A DNA stretch of 64,000 nt from Desulfatiglandales bacterium (GTDB taxonomy: Bacteria > Desulfobacterota > DSM-4660 > Desulfatiglandales > HGW-15), in the NCBI GenBank assembly GCA_963667015.2, contig CAXXJJ010000004.1:2848001-2912000 (forward strand). The letters run 5' to 3'. The stretch's first letter is position 1, and each line of letters starts with the position of its first letter. Position numbers and translations under genes: made by a program. Shown here one piece after another: positions 41,969 through 52,777 of the stretch. The notes beneath the pieces are model-generated. The model did not search any database. It had not been told where the DNA came from and saw only the letters and a program-made list of their open reading frames with translations.

Positions 41969-44830
41969 CTATTCCTTTGCGCCGCAGCATTTTTTATACT
42001 TCTTTCCGCTGCCGCAGGGGCATGGATCGTTTCTGCCTACCTTTTTCCCCTCTCTTTTGACCGGGGCAGGTTTATCTCCCGGATCACCGTGGCTTAGCTG
42101 CATCTGTCTCTTTTTCTGTTTCGGCATCTCTTCAGGTTTTTCCCTCATGAGCTGTATCCTTGAAAGTGTCATAAGTATCTCATCACTTATCCGCCCGTCA
42201 AGCTGATGGAAAAGTTCAAACCCGTCCTTCTGATACTCCTTTAAAGGATCCTGCTGCGCATATCCCCTGAGACCTATACCTTCCTTCAGCTGATCCATAT
42301 CCTGAAGGTGTCTTAACCATTGATTATCAATAATCTGAAGCATTATTATCTTATGGATGGAGAGAAGCTCGGATTTATCAATTCCTTTTACCCTTGCCTC
42401 ATTTGCCTCCCTGACCTGGGTTTTAAGCATCTCTGCCAAGGTTTCCTGCGTAAGCGAGTTGAACTCTTCCTCACCGATATCATCTGAATTAATTCTGGGC
42501 CTGACCCCGAATATTCTTATGGTGCTTTCCATCAAGCCCTGGATATCCCAGTCTTCGGGATAGGCCTTGGGATCGATATGCATCTCAACAAGTGAATCAA
42601 TCTTGTCTTCAGTCATGTCGCGGGCAATATCTTCTATGCCTTCACCCGTTAAAATCTTTCGCCGCAGAGAATATATAATCTCCCTGTGCTTGTTCATAAC
42701 ATCATCATACTCAAGGAGATGCTTTCTCATATCAAAATTGTGGGCCTCAACCTTTCGCTGGGCATTTTCAATAGCCTTGGAAATCAGGCCGGCTTCAATA
42801 GGCTCTCCCTCTTCCATACCTAGCCGGTTCATGATGCCTGCAATCCGTTCGGAACCGAATATCCTTAAGAGATCATCTTCGAGCGAGAGATAGAATCTTG
42901 ATGATCCGGGGTCGCCCTGACGGCCCGACCTACCTCTTAGCTGGTTGTCAATTCGGCGGCTTTCATGCCGTTCAGTTCCCAGTATGTGAAGCCCGCCAAG
43001 CTCTTTGACCCCTTCTCCAAGAACAATATCCGTACCACGTCCAGCCATGTTGGTTGATATTGTGACTGTCTTGGCCTGCCCGGCGTTTGCAACTATCTCA
43101 GCCTCTTTCTGGTGATGCTTGGCATTAAGGACTTCGTGGGGAACCCCCGCCCTTTTAAGCATCTTATGGAGGACTTCGGATTTTTCAATGGATATTGTAC
43201 CGACCAGAACAGGCTGTCCCTTTTCATACAGCTCTTTGATTTCCTGGACAACTGCGTTGTATTTTTCCCGCTCTGTCTTGTATATGACATCGGAAAAATC
43301 CTTGCGGACCATTTCCCTGTTGGTTGGAATTACTGTAACACCAAGTTTATATATATTGTGAAATTCGCCAGCCTCTGTATCTGCAGTACCAGTCATACCC
43401 GCAAGCTTTTCATACATCCTGAAAAAATTCTGAAAGGTAATAGTCGCCAGGGTCTGGTTCTCTTCTGCCACCCTTACCCCTTCCTTGGCCTCAACCGCCT
43501 GATGCAGTCCATCGCTCCACCTTCTGCCCGGCATCATACGGCCTGTAAATTCATCAACAATAACTACCTGATCATCCTTCACCACATACTGCACATCCTT
43601 TTCAAAAAGCCAGTATGCCTTTATAAGCTGCTGTGTGGCGTGTAACAACTCGGAGGTACGCATATAATCTGCTTCCAGTTCCCTGAGTTTTTCCGCCTTT
43701 TCATCATCGCTTAAGTTTTTATCTTCCCTGATATTGTGACTCTCTTCATCTATATCGGGCAGAGAAAAATCTCCTGCCCCGGTCTCTGAAAGATACTTGA
43801 TGCCCTTTTCAGTCAGCTCAACGGAATTGCTTCGCTCATCAATGACGCAGTACAAATCCTGGTCAAGTTCGGGAAGGAGTTTCTGGCTGCGCATTGCGCT
43901 TTCTTCATTGTCTACCCGTTTTGCCAGGGAATGGTTCTTGGATATTAAGTCAAGATAGCCCGGATTTTTAGGGTCACCCCTTTTTACCCTGAGAAGAATC
44001 TGGATAGTCTCCCCGTCCGCATCAGATTCCTTCAGCCGCTCCTTTGCATCATTCAGCATCGCCCTGATAACCGTGTTCTGTTTCTTTTTCAGGTTGATGA
44101 CAAGGGGCTTAGCCTCCATAAAAATCTTGTTCTCACTGTGCTCGACCGGGCCGCTGATAATCAGAGGAGTCCTTGACTCATCAATCAGTATACTGTCAAC
44201 CTCATCCACAATGGTGAAATAGTACTCTCGCTGGACAAGGTCCTCCATGTCAAACTTCATATTATCTCTCAGGTAATCAAACCCGAACTCATTGTTTGTT
44301 CCATAGGTGATATCACAGCCATAGGCCTGTTTTCGTTCACTGTCAGTCATGCCGTGAACGATCACTCCAACGGACATTCCCAGAAAATTGTAGATCTTCC
44401 CCATCCATTCGGCATCACGTTTTGCAAGATAGTCATTTACGGTAACCAGATGAACACCCCTGGAGGTCAATGCATTCAGGTAAAGAGGCAGGGTAGCTGC
44501 AAGGGTTTTACCTTCACCGGTTTTCATTTCTGCGATATTGCCTTCATGCAGGACTATACCTCCTATCAACTGTACATCATAATGACGCATGCCGAGAACC
44601 CTCACCGATGCTTCCCTTACAGTAGAAAAGGCTTCGGGCAGGATTTCATCAATGGTTTCACCCTTTTTAAGCCGTTCCCTGTATTCTTCGGTTTTTGCCT
44701 TCAGCTGATCATCTGTCAGATTCTTGAATTCAGGCTCAAGCACATTAATTTTGTCGACAATAGGCTGTATCCTTTTTAATTCCCGATCATTGCTGCTGCC
44801 GAATACTTTTTTTATCAGGCTACCAATCAT
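41969..44830 (-). CDS. secA: Preprotein translocase SecA
   Basis: [30 protein letters not shown]-terminal [18 protein letters not shown]. Confidence 0.98.
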   Translation of the reverse strand: MIGSLIKKVFGSSNDRELKRIQPIVDKINVLEPEFKNLTDDQLKAKTEEYRERLKKGETIDEILPEAFSTVREASVRVLGMRHYDVQLIGGIVLHEGNIAEMKTGEGKTLAATLPLYLNALTSRGVHLVTVNDYLAKRDAEWMGKIYNFLGMSVGVIVHGMTDSERKQAYGCDITYGTNNEFGFDYLRDNMKFDMEDLVQREYYFTIVDEVDSILIDESRTPLIISGPVEHSENKIFMEAKPLVINLKKKQNTVIRAMLNDAKERLKESDADGETIQILLRVKRGDPKNPGYLDLISKNHSLAKRVDNEESAMRSQKLLPELDQDLYCVIDERSNSVELTEKGIKYLSETGAGDFSLPDIDEESHNIREDKNLSDDEKAEKLRELEADYMRTSELLHATQQLIKAYWLFEKDVQYVVKDDQVVIVDEFTGRMMPGRRWSDGLHQAVEAKEGVRVAEENQTLATITFQNFFRMYEKLAGMTGTADTEAGEFHNIYKLGVTVIPTNREMVRKDFSDVIYKTEREKYNAVVQEIKELYEKGQPVLVGTISIEKSEVLHKMLKRAGVPHEVLNAKHHQKEAEIVANAGQAKTVTISTNMAGRGTDIVLGEGVKELGGLHILGTERHESRRIDNQLRGRSGRQGDPGSSRFYLSLEDDLLRIFGSERIAGIMNRLGMEEGEPIEAGLISKAIENAQRKVEAHNFDMRKHLLEYDDVMNKHREIIYSLRRKILTGEGIEDIARDMTEDKIDSLVEMHIDPKAYPEDWDIQGLMESTIRIFGVRPRINSDDIGEEEFNSLTQETLAEMLKTQVREANEARVKGIDKSELLSIHKIIMLQIIDNQWLRHLQDMDQLKEGIGLRGYAQQDPLKEYQKDGFELFHQLDGRISDEILMTLSRIQLMREKPEEMPKQKKRQMQLSHGDPGDKPAPVKREGKKVGRNDPCPCGSGKKYKKCCGAKE

Positions 44831-45189
44831 AATATATATTCCAACTCCTGGTTCAGATGATGTTTTTAATATTCCTATATTTTAACTATATGATTTTAAT
44901 AACGATAATATTAGAATCAATCTATTATTTTAAAATTAAACAATATTATCATATTTTTTCATGATGAGGTCAGTGAAAGGCACAGTATCACCCAATTAAT
45001 CTCTTTTCAAAGGATATTTAACATACTTCTTCTTTCTTATTCTTACTTCCTTATCACAATAAAATAAAACAATAAATTATTATGTTTTTAATTTTTCAGC
45101 AGAAAAAGGTGACACGTGTGGCAAAAATACAAAAGATCCTTCTTCACAAAAGTCGGAAGGGAAGAAGAGAGGTGTTGAAAGATACGTTA

Positions 45190-46110
45190 TTATCTTTCTA
45201 TTTTATCCAGGATGTAAATTTTAGGATTAACAGGGACATCATTCCGATATACTTCATAGTGCAGGTGCGGTCCGGTTGAACGGCCGGTACTGCCTATAAG
45301 TGCAATTTCTTCTCCACGTTTAACTGCCTGCCCTTTAGTAACAAGGATTTTAGACAGATGGCCATATCTGGTTTTATAGCCATATCCGTGGCTGATAGTT
45401 ATATAATTTCCAAGAGAACTACTTTTCCCGGCAATAGAAATATATCCGTCAGCAGGGGCGATTACAGGACTTCCTTTCCGGGCGGAGATATCCAGACCCT
45501 GATGAAATTCTTTCTTTCCTGTAAAGGGAGATTTTCTATACCCGAAACCGTCATTGGGCCAACCCTTTGCGGGCCATATGGAGGGAGTACAGGCCAATAT
45601 GGATTTCTGGTTTTCCAGAAATTTAAATAATTCGTTTTTTTCCTCGGTTTCAACAGAGATTGCAGTATCCAGATTATCAAGTGATTGGTGCATGAGACGT
45701 ACTAATTTCTTATGGGCATTTTCAACTGAATACTCGGAATCAATGAATGCCGAATCAGGTCCGCCAACTCCCAGAAACTGAGTGTTATCAACTCCGGGCT
45801 CAAGATCGGCCATGACCTTGAGTTTGTTATCAAACTCTATTAACTCAACCATCTTGCTGTTAATTACATCTATTTTATTTGTAAGGGCTACCAGCTGTGC
45901 TTCCTTCTGGTTGTTTTCCTCAACCAGTCTGGCGTGTTCCGGAACCTGTGATTTTACCTTATAGTAATCCATTGAACCCCAGACAAGGGCACCGGTGGCT
46001 GCAAACATAAAAATAAGAATGAGACCCAGAAATAACTTAGGGATCTTAACCTGTTTTACGGTATTAACACCGTCGGGAAGTATTACTATTGTTACCTTTT
46101 TTAAAGCCAC
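45190..46110 (-). CDS. M23 family metallopeptidase
   Basis: FHQGLDI, TRYGHLS, STGPHLHYEV. Confidence 0.92.
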   Translation of the reverse strand: MALKKVTIVILPDGVNTVKQVKIPKLFLGLILIFMFAATGALVWGSMDYYKVKSQVPEHARLVEENNQKEAQLVALTNKIDVINSKMVELIEFDNKLKVMADLEPGVDNTQFLGVGGPDSAFIDSEYSVENAHKKLVRLMHQSLDNLDTAISVETEEKNELFKFLENQKSILACTPSIWPAKGWPNDGFGYRKSPFTGKKEFHQGLDISARKGSPVIAPADGYISIAGKSSSLGNYITISHGYGYKTRYGHLSKILVTKGQAVKRGEEIALIGSTGRSTGPHLHYEVYRNDVPVNPKIYILDKIER

Positions 46111-46228
46111 AATATTACGTTTCCTGTTTTGCTAATGATTGAGTATTTATGAAGATAAACCATTTTAAAAAGCCTAATACCAGTTTGGGTAGTTAGCACA
46201 AACCCTGAAAAAATGTCAACTGTTATGT

Positions 46229-48073
46229 TTATATATCGGTATCCGGTCCATAAGAGTTTAAAAGAATTTTTTTCATCTCTACTGCCATAGTCCTGGTTAC
46301 GCCTTTGACCTGTGCAAGTTCATCTTCGGTTGCCTGCCTTATTGCCTCAATGCTGCCGAACTCCTTTAAAAGGAGCTTTCTTTTTGTCGGCCCTATACCG
46401 GGAACAAGATCAAGGGCAGACTTAATGGTTTCCTTCTTTCTCAACTTCCGATGATAGGTTACTGCCCTTCTGTGAACCTCATCCCTTATACCCATAATCA
46501 GAAGAAGCACCGGGTGATCACTGTTTAGACGGAGGGGATTTTTTCTTCCGGGAAGATATAATTTATCACCCCTGGCACCCTGCTCCCTCTCCTTTGCAAT
46601 GGCAAGAAGTGCAGGAGGTTCTATCCCGTGAAATCCTTCAATAACCCGGCTTACTGCAAGCAAATGCCCTTTTCCACCATCAATTATAAAAAGGTCAGGA
46701 AGATCACCTCCTGAAAGCCGCCGGTTTACCATTTCCGACATCATTTCATAATCATCAATGCCGTCAACTTCTTTTATCCTGTAATTCCTGTACCCCTCCT
46801 TATAGGGCTTGCCATCAATAAATGCAACAATTGTGCCAACAGCCTGATTCCCCTGAAGATTTGATATATCCATTGCCTCCATTCTGCGGGGAATTTTATC
46901 CAGTTTCAAAACTGATTTTACCATCTCAAGGAGCTCTCCGGATGCCAGTTTTTCCACTCTATTCAGGATATTTTCAGCATTTTTAACAGCCAGGCGGACA
47001 ATCCCAACCTTTTTCCCGCGAACAGGGTGATGGATAGATATTTTCTTTCCCGATAGGGAAGATAACCAGCCTGAAATTGAATCCGACTCATTAATATCAT
47101 GTGAAATAAGTATGTTTTTAGGTACATACCTGTCTCCATGATAATACTGTTTCAGAAATGCCTCTATTATTTCTGAAGGAGAAACATCCCGGTTTTCAAA
47201 CCTGAAATCTCTGCTCCCGGTAATAACACCCTTCCGGGAAAAAAATATTACAACCTGTGAAATCCCGTTTTTCCTGGCAATTCCTATAATATCCTGGTCT
47301 TCCCGCCTTGTAGAGACTACATTCTGGTTCTCGATAGTCTTATGAACCGCCTTTATCTGATCTCTCACTCTTGCGGCATCCTCATACTTCTCCTCCTGGG
47401 CAAACCTCTTCATGTCTCTTTCAAGCTGCTTTATCAGTTCCCTGCTCCTGCCCTCAAGAAACAGCCGCACATTATTGACAATTATCCTGTACTGCTCAAC
47501 CGGGACCTCAAAGGTGCACGGCCCGAGACATCTTCCCAGCTGGTAATTCAAACAGGGCCTTGTCCTGCCGGTCATAAAGCTTTTTGAGCATTTTCTGAGT
47601 CTGAAGATCCTGTTGATTAACTTTATGGTATTTCGAACGGATCCTGAGGATGAAAAGGGACCAAAATAGAATGCATTGTCATTTCTTATCTTTCTTACAA
47701 ATTCCAGCCTCGGATATGGCTCATCCGTCCTTATTTTCAGGTATGGATACTGTTTGTCATCCCTCAGGATAATATTGTACCTGGGCATGTGTTTTTTAAT
47801 AAGGGTACTTTCTAGAATAAATGCCTCGTTTTCAGTACCGGTCAGTATATACTCCAGGTATCTTGCCTTTGAGACCATTATAACCGTCTTCGGGGTCATT
47901 TCCGATGGAGAATTGAAATACGAGGACACCCTGTTTTTAAGATTCTTGGCCTTGCCCACATATATCACCCTCTCGGCACTGTCCCTGAAAAGGTACACAC
48001 CGGGATCGCCGGGAAGATCCTTCTTAAACTCACTGTCCTTGATGGAGTATCTATTCTGAGCTGATGGAACCAT
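46229..48073 (-). CDS. uvrC: Excinuclease ABC subunit C
   Basis: GIY-YIG PGVY..IYVGKAKNL, DISNLQG, DGGKG, RDEVHR, HhH. Confidence 0.96.
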   Translation of the reverse strand: MVPSAQNRYSIKDSEFKKDLPGDPGVYLFRDSAERVIYVGKAKNLKNRVSSYFNSPSEMTPKTVIMVSKARYLEYILTGTENEAFILESTLIKKHMPRYNIILRDDKQYPYLKIRTDEPYPRLEFVRKIRNDNAFYFGPFSSSGSVRNTIKLINRIFRLRKCSKSFMTGRTRPCLNYQLGRCLGPCTFEVPVEQYRIIVNNVRLFLEGRSRELIKQLERDMKRFAQEEKYEDAARVRDQIKAVHKTIENQNVVSTRREDQDIIGIARKNGISQVVIFFSRKGVITGSRDFRFENRDVSPSEIIEAFLKQYYHGDRYVPKNILISHDINESDSISGWLSSLSGKKISIHHPVRGKKVGIVRLAVKNAENILNRVEKLASGELLEMVKSVLKLDKIPRRMEAMDISNLQGNQAVGTIVAFIDGKPYKEGYRNYRIKEVDGIDDYEMMSEMVNRRLSGGDLPDLFIIDGGKGHLLAVSRVIEGFHGIEPPALLAIAKEREQGARGDKLYLPGRKNPLRLNSDHPVLLLIMGIRDEVHRRAVTYHRKLRKKETIKSALDLVPGIGPTKRKLLLKEFGSIEAIRQATEDELAQVKGVTRTMAVEMKKILLNSYGPDTDI

Positions 48074-48181
48074 AATAAAATTAAATATCAGTATTTGGTG
48101 TTGATGTCTTGATCAATATAAGGTTAGGTGATAGATATTACAAGATTATAGTAATATCTATCAATTTATATTAATCGTGAC

Positions 48182-49195
48182 ATGCCCATGAAATCATCCA
48201 TTCATCCCCGGCTTATCAATGACCCCTTTTCGGATCCGGGACTTTTTATACCTTTTTTATATGAAAAAAGGGCCATCCTGTTTGATCTTGGCGAAATAAA
48301 TCTTCTTACACCAAGGGATCTCCTGAAGATCTCCCATGTATTTGTTACCCACGCACATATGGACCATTTTATCGGGTTTGACCGACTATTGAGAATCTTT
48401 CTGGGAAGAGAAAAAGAGCTCCACCTGTTTGGCCCGCCAGGCTTTTTTGAACATGTTGAAGGAAAACTCAGGGGATACACATGGAACCTGGTAGAAGAAT
48501 ATGAATATGACCTTGTATTAAATGTATCGGAAATGCATAGCAACAGGATGTTGACAAGAAAATACCTCTGTAAAGATGGCTTCGGACACGGCGATACTGA
48601 ATCCTCGGATATTATTTCCGGTGTGCTGCATGAAAATCCAAGGTTCCGGATCCGGGGGGAGTTAATGGATCACCGCATTCCATGCTTAGGGCTTTCCATG
48701 GAGGAAAATTTTTCGATAAATATTGTTAACGAGGAACTGGAAAGGCTTAATCTTGAAGCCGGCCCCTGGCTCACAAGGTTTAAGAGAGAGCTCTATGCAA
48801 AAAGCCCTGAGCATAGGGACTTTTTTGTCACCAGAGAGGAAAAGGGGGAGGTACTGGATAAAAAAAGGTTCAGGTTAGGAGAGCTTGCCGGGAAAATAGC
48901 CAGGATTACCCCCGGACAGAAGATCACCTATGTAACCGATGTAATAGGAAACGATGAAAACAAGCAGAAAATCATTGATCTTGCCAGAGATGCCGATCAC
49001 CTGTTCATTGAGGCAGCGTTCATGGAACAGGATGCATCAGCTGCGAGAGAAAAATATCACCTTACAGCGGCTGAAGCTGGCAGGTTTGCCAGGGAGGCCG
49101 GTGTAAAAAAACTTACACTGTTCCATTTTTCTCCAAGATACCGCCACATGGAAGAAGAGCTGATTAAGGAGGCAATGGCGGCGTTCAGAGGCTGA
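48182..49195 (+). CDS. MBL-fold metallo-hydrolase, RNase Z-like
   Basis: THAHMDHF, YVTD, HLT, HFSPRY. Confidence 0.85.
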   Translation: MPMKSSIHPRLINDPFSDPGLFIPFLYEKRAILFDLGEINLLTPRDLLKISHVFVTHAHMDHFIGFDRLLRIFLGREKELHLFGPPGFFEHVEGKLRGYTWNLVEEYEYDLVLNVSEMHSNRMLTRKYLCKDGFGHGDTESSDIISGVLHENPRFRIRGELMDHRIPCLGLSMEENFSINIVNEELERLNLEAGPWLTRFKRELYAKSPEHRDFFVTREEKGEVLDKKRFRLGELAGKIARITPGQKITYVTDVIGNDENKQKIIDLARDADHLFIEAAFMEQDASAAREKYHLTAAEAGRFAREAGVKKLTLFHFSPRYRHMEEELIKEAMAAFRG

Positions 49196-49208
49196 CAGAT
49201 ATAAATAA

Positions 49209-49238
49209 AAAAGGCGGCGCTCCGGAGCGCCGCCTTTT
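49209..49238. terminator. Bidirectional terminator
   Basis: AAAAGGCGGCGCTCC/GGAGCGCCGCCTTTT palindrome. Confidence 0.85.
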
Positions 49239-49256
49239 ATTTTTCAAAAAATAAAA

Positions 49257-49715
49257 TTATTTATACATACCCGTATCGCAGGCTATCATATGAGCGATCG
49301 GACGTGTAACATTTTTAACAGTAAGAGGGCCGTGTTTTACTCCCGGAGGAATAAAAGCGGTAAAGCTCTCTGTAATAGTGTATGTTTCACCATCAACTGT
49401 GAATTCAATTTCAGCGCCAAGGTCCATGATATCATCGTAATTCAGGCCGTAAAAGCACATCAGTTCGCCGAATTCATGTGTATGTTCTTCCTTAAAATTC
49501 GGATTGTCACCGGTATAGTTTTCGCCGAATCCCGGGAGAATCCACATCATTTCATTATAAAAGGTTGCCCCCTCAATGGTATCAGCATCTACATGGGTCA
49601 TCCTTATTATCTTTTCGGAGTCTGTGTTCAGCCTGTATGAGGGAAGTTTGAGGTCTTTTTTATCATCAAATATGAAATATTTTGAATATTTTTTTTCTGA
49701 CATAGTATTTCTCAC
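49257..49715 (-). CDS. Cupin-like hypothetical protein
   Basis: HTHEFGE...IPPGVKHGP. Confidence 0.75.
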   Translation of the reverse strand: MRNTMSEKKYSKYFIFDDKKDLKLPSYRLNTDSEKIIRMTHVDADTIEGATFYNEMMWILPGFGENYTGDNPNFKEEHTHEFGELMCFYGLNYDDIMDLGAEIEFTVDGETYTITESFTAFIPPGVKHGPLTVKNVTRPIAHMIACDTGMYK

Positions 49716-49762
49716 TTATATTTATTAGTTTACCTTGATTAGTCCTGTATAATCAGTTCATG

Positions 49763-50257
49763 CTATACGTAATTTTCACCCGGCCCCATTGTGAAATGGA
49801 AAAGCGGTTTGGTCATGTTATGCATTTTTATAGGGCAATGAACTATATTTTCAGGAACATATACGACAAAGGATTTGTCAAAAACATACTTTTCATCTTC
49901 GATCCATATCTCGACTTCGCATCCCAGGTCCTTTGGATTATTCATATCTGTACCATAATAGGAAAGTAATTCCGGAAATGTATGGGCGTGAGGCGGAATA
50001 CCATGTTTATCCTCTTCGCCGGGTTTTGGTGGTTCAATAACACGACCGGTCATGGATGGAGGCCAGAACCAGACAGCCTCGGCATAAAATGCCCCGGGAA
50101 TAACATTGGAGTCCATCCAGACCATATGTTCCATCATTCGTCTCAGGCCGTCTTCAAGCGGCCCCTGACCCATTATAGCCTTTTCCCAGGCCCTTTCCTC
50201 GGGCAATTGAAATCCGTCATAAAATTCGGTGAGGATATATTTACCGTATTTTCCCAT
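49763..50257 (-). CDS. Cupin-like hypothetical protein (paralog of neighbour)
   Basis: HAHTFPE...VPENIVHCP. Confidence 0.75.
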   Translation of the reverse strand: MGKYGKYILTEFYDGFQLPEERAWEKAIMGQGPLEDGLRRMMEHMVWMDSNVIPGAFYAEAVWFWPPSMTGRVIEPPKPGEEDKHGIPPHAHTFPELLSYYGTDMNNPKDLGCEVEIWIEDEKYVFDKSFVVYVPENIVHCPIKMHNMTKPLFHFTMGPGENYV

Positions 50258-50436
50258 TCTTTAATTCTCCTTTTTATTACTACCTCGATTTTTTCAAAAC
50301 AAAGTATAGTGTTGACTGGATAAAAACCTGTTTTTTCAAGAAAAGAAGTATAAAGTTTAAGGTATTGCGTGTCAAGTTCATATATGACTTGACAACATAC
50401 TATATAGATGATAGCCAGATTGTTTTTGTTTTATTA

Positions 50437-50545
50437 ACTCCTTGTTCCGCGACTCAGGTATTTGAATCATTTTTCGGAGTATTTAAGAGGAGACATGAAT
50501 TAAAGTCTGGATTTGCGGGACCAAAATTAACGCCCGAAAGGAGAA
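50437..50545 (+). ncRNA. Probable S6:S18 (rpsF) ribosomal protein leader
   Basis: ACTCCTT anti-SD pairs with AAGGAG SD; inner stem GTTCCGC/GCGGGAC; directly upstream of rpsF. Confidence 0.55.
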
Positions 50546-50550
50546 CACTT

Positions 50551-50973
50551 ATGAGGCATTACGAAATAATTTATATTGTCAACCCCAACCTCAACGGAGA
50601 TGATTATCACGACCTGTTAAAAAAATACAGTGAAATCATAGAAAACAATAAGGGAGTTATTGTTAAAACCGATGAATGGGGCAAACAGAGACTGGCCTAC
50701 AGGATCAGAAAATTCTACAATGGTGTTTTTGTGTATGTTGAATTCTGCGCTGAGGCCGAATCAATCGCTGAACTCGAAAGAAACCTTAAACTTGACGATA
50801 ACATTCTGAAATTTCAGACTGTTAAACTCGCTGATCAGGCAGACCCTGAAGAACTGCTTCAAAAGGCCCAGGCTTCGCAGAAACCAGTGGAGGAAGCCGC
50901 TGAGGAAACCGATGAGCAGGATGATAATGATGATCAGGACGAAGAAAGCGAGGTAGAAGATGGAGAGGAATAA
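50551..50973 (+). CDS. rpsF: 30S ribosomal protein S6
   Basis: [12 protein letters not shown]...[10 protein letters not shown]; acidic tail; ATG 50551. Confidence 0.95.
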   Translation: MRHYEIIYIVNPNLNGDDYHDLLKKYSEIIENNKGVIVKTDEWGKQRLAYRIRKFYNGVFVYVEFCAEAESIAELERNLKLDDNILKFQTVKLADQADPEELLQKAQASQKPVEEAAEETDEQDDNDDQDEESEVEDGEE

Positions 50974-51211
50974 CAGAAGAGGCGGAATGTCATATCACAG
51001 AAGAAAAGTTTGCAGATTCTGTGCGGACAGCACCCTGGCGATTGATTATAAGGATCATAAAATGCTCAGGTTGTTTACAACCGAGCGAGGCAAAATAGTC
51101 CCGAGAAGAATTTCAGGCAATTGCGCCAAGCACCAGAGGAAACTCACAGTAGAAATAAAAAGAGCCCGCAATATCGCATTGTTGCCCTATACAACAGCAA
51201 CAATAAGATAA
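50960..51211 (+). CDS. rpsR: 30S ribosomal protein S18 (zinc-type)
   Basis: [26 protein letters not shown]. Confidence 0.97.
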   Translation: MERNNRRGGMSYHRRKVCRFCADSTLAIDYKDHKMLRLFTTERGKIVPRRISGNCAKHQRKLTVEIKRARNIALLPYTTATIR

Positions 51212-51237
51212 GGCGAAGATAATAAATCCATCGGGAC

Positions 51238-52182
51238 ATGACCATTTCAAACATATTGGGTTGTACCGGGTCGGTTATTTTCGTCCTGCTGGCATCTGTA
51301 TGGATTCCCTTTTTCGGACCCCTTCTGAGTTTACTTACTCCTCTGCCTTTTCTCTTTTATACAAGTAAATTGGGTCTGAAGGAAGGTATCAAGGTATCGT
51401 TTTCCGCTCTTCTTGCCATTGGAATTCTGGCAAAGCTGCTGGGGGAACCGAACCTTGTAATATTTTATCTTCAACTGGGGATCGTGGGTGTAATACTGAG
51501 CGAGTTGTTCAAAAGGGAATATTCCTATTCCCGTACTATTTTTGGGGGAACCCTGCTTGTGCTTCTTGTAGGGTTTGCCTTTATGCTCTTTGTCAGTATA
51601 ACAACAGGGGAAACCCCTACTAAAATGATAGACACGTCCCTGCAGGAGAACATAGATGCTATGGTCGGGTTTTACGAAAAGGGAGGACTGGAACCTGAAA
51701 AGGTTGCTAATTTGAAGGAATTTGGTTCTATATTTCTCAATCTTTTCAAAAAAATCTATCCCGCTATTGCAGTGATAAGCGCCGGTCTTATTGTGTGGCT
51801 TAACGTGGTAATAAGCAAACCGCTTTTTCGTATCAAGGGGGTAAGATATCCTGATTTGGGCCGTGCGGATATGTGGAGGGCGCCGGAATCCCTGGTCTGG
51901 GGGTTAATAGCAGCCGGGTTTGCAATGCTGCTGCCGATATCGGCCCTGAATTCCGCAGCATTAAATGCACTGATAATTATTACAGTCATTTATATGTTTA
52001 ACGGTTTATCAATAGTCCTGTTCCTTTTTAAAAAGTATAATGTACCTGCATTGACCCGGTATGTAATATACCTGATCATACTCCTGCAGCAGCTTTCCAT
52101 AATTATACTTGCCCTGATGGGCATTTTTGATCAATGGATTGATTTCAGGAAGATACACAGTAAAGCCCGGACTACAGAGTAG
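51238..52182 (+). CDS. DUF2232 (YybS) membrane protein
   Basis: Multi-TM, C-terminal GIFDQWIDFR; rpsR-rplI synteny. Confidence 0.85.
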   Translation: MTISNILGCTGSVIFVLLASVWIPFFGPLLSLLTPLPFLFYTSKLGLKEGIKVSFSALLAIGILAKLLGEPNLVIFYLQLGIVGVILSELFKREYSYSRTIFGGTLLVLLVGFAFMLFVSITTGETPTKMIDTSLQENIDAMVGFYEKGGLEPEKVANLKEFGSIFLNLFKKIYPAIAVISAGLIVWLNVVISKPLFRIKGVRYPDLGRADMWRAPESLVWGLIAAGFAMLLPISALNSAALNALIIITVIYMFNGLSIVLFLFKKYNVPALTRYVIYLIILLQQLSIIILALMGIFDQWIDFRKIHSKARTTE

Positions 52183-52289
52183 GTGCATACAAAATAGTAA
52201 ATTCTGCAGCCAGGTGAGTAAAAATTGATTTAAACGAATTAATTATTTATATTGACGCAGGCTGTCAGTTTAATTTTGGAGGAAAATAA

Positions 52290-52736
52290 ATGAAAGTTAT
52301 ATTAACAACAGAAATAGATACACTGGGCCTTGAAGGTGATACAGTTGATGTGGCAAAAGGATATGCCAGAAACTATCTTATCCCCCAGGGATTTGCCCTT
52401 GAAGCGAACATGCAGAACATCAAAATGATGGAGATGCAGAAGAAAAAAATCGATGAACGCAGATTAAAGGCAAAGGAAAGCGCCGAACAGGCAAGAGACC
52501 TTATCAGGGAAAAGGTAATCACCATTACCCAGAAGGCCGGGGAAGAGGACAAGCTTTACGGGTCTGTAACCACTATGGATATAGCCGAAGCAATGGAAAA
52601 AGCCGATATTACAATTGACCGCAGAAAGATTGTACTGGATAAGCCGATAAAAAGCCTCGGGGAATATGAAGTTTCAATCAAACTTCATCCTGAAGTAACA
52701 GGAACCATCAAGGTTGTTGTCGCACCCGAGGAGTAA
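52290..52736 (+). CDS. rplI: 50S ribosomal protein L9
   Basis: MKVIL..LG.EGD.V.VAKGYARNYLIP, KLYGSVT. Confidence 0.97.
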   Translation: MKVILTTEIDTLGLEGDTVDVAKGYARNYLIPQGFALEANMQNIKMMEMQKKKIDERRLKAKESAEQARDLIREKVITITQKAGEEDKLYGSVTTMDIAEAMEKADITIDRRKIVLDKPIKSLGEYEVSIKLHPEVTGTIKVVVAPEE

Positions 52737-52777
52737 AATTTTTCCTCTATTAAAGTTTCACCAGGGATCACTATTAT

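Noticed and set aside
43600..44120. Insertion in SecA as an intein
   Set aside because: No Cys/Ser start or His-Asn end; it looks like a lineage-specific helical insertion in the preprotein cross-linking domain.
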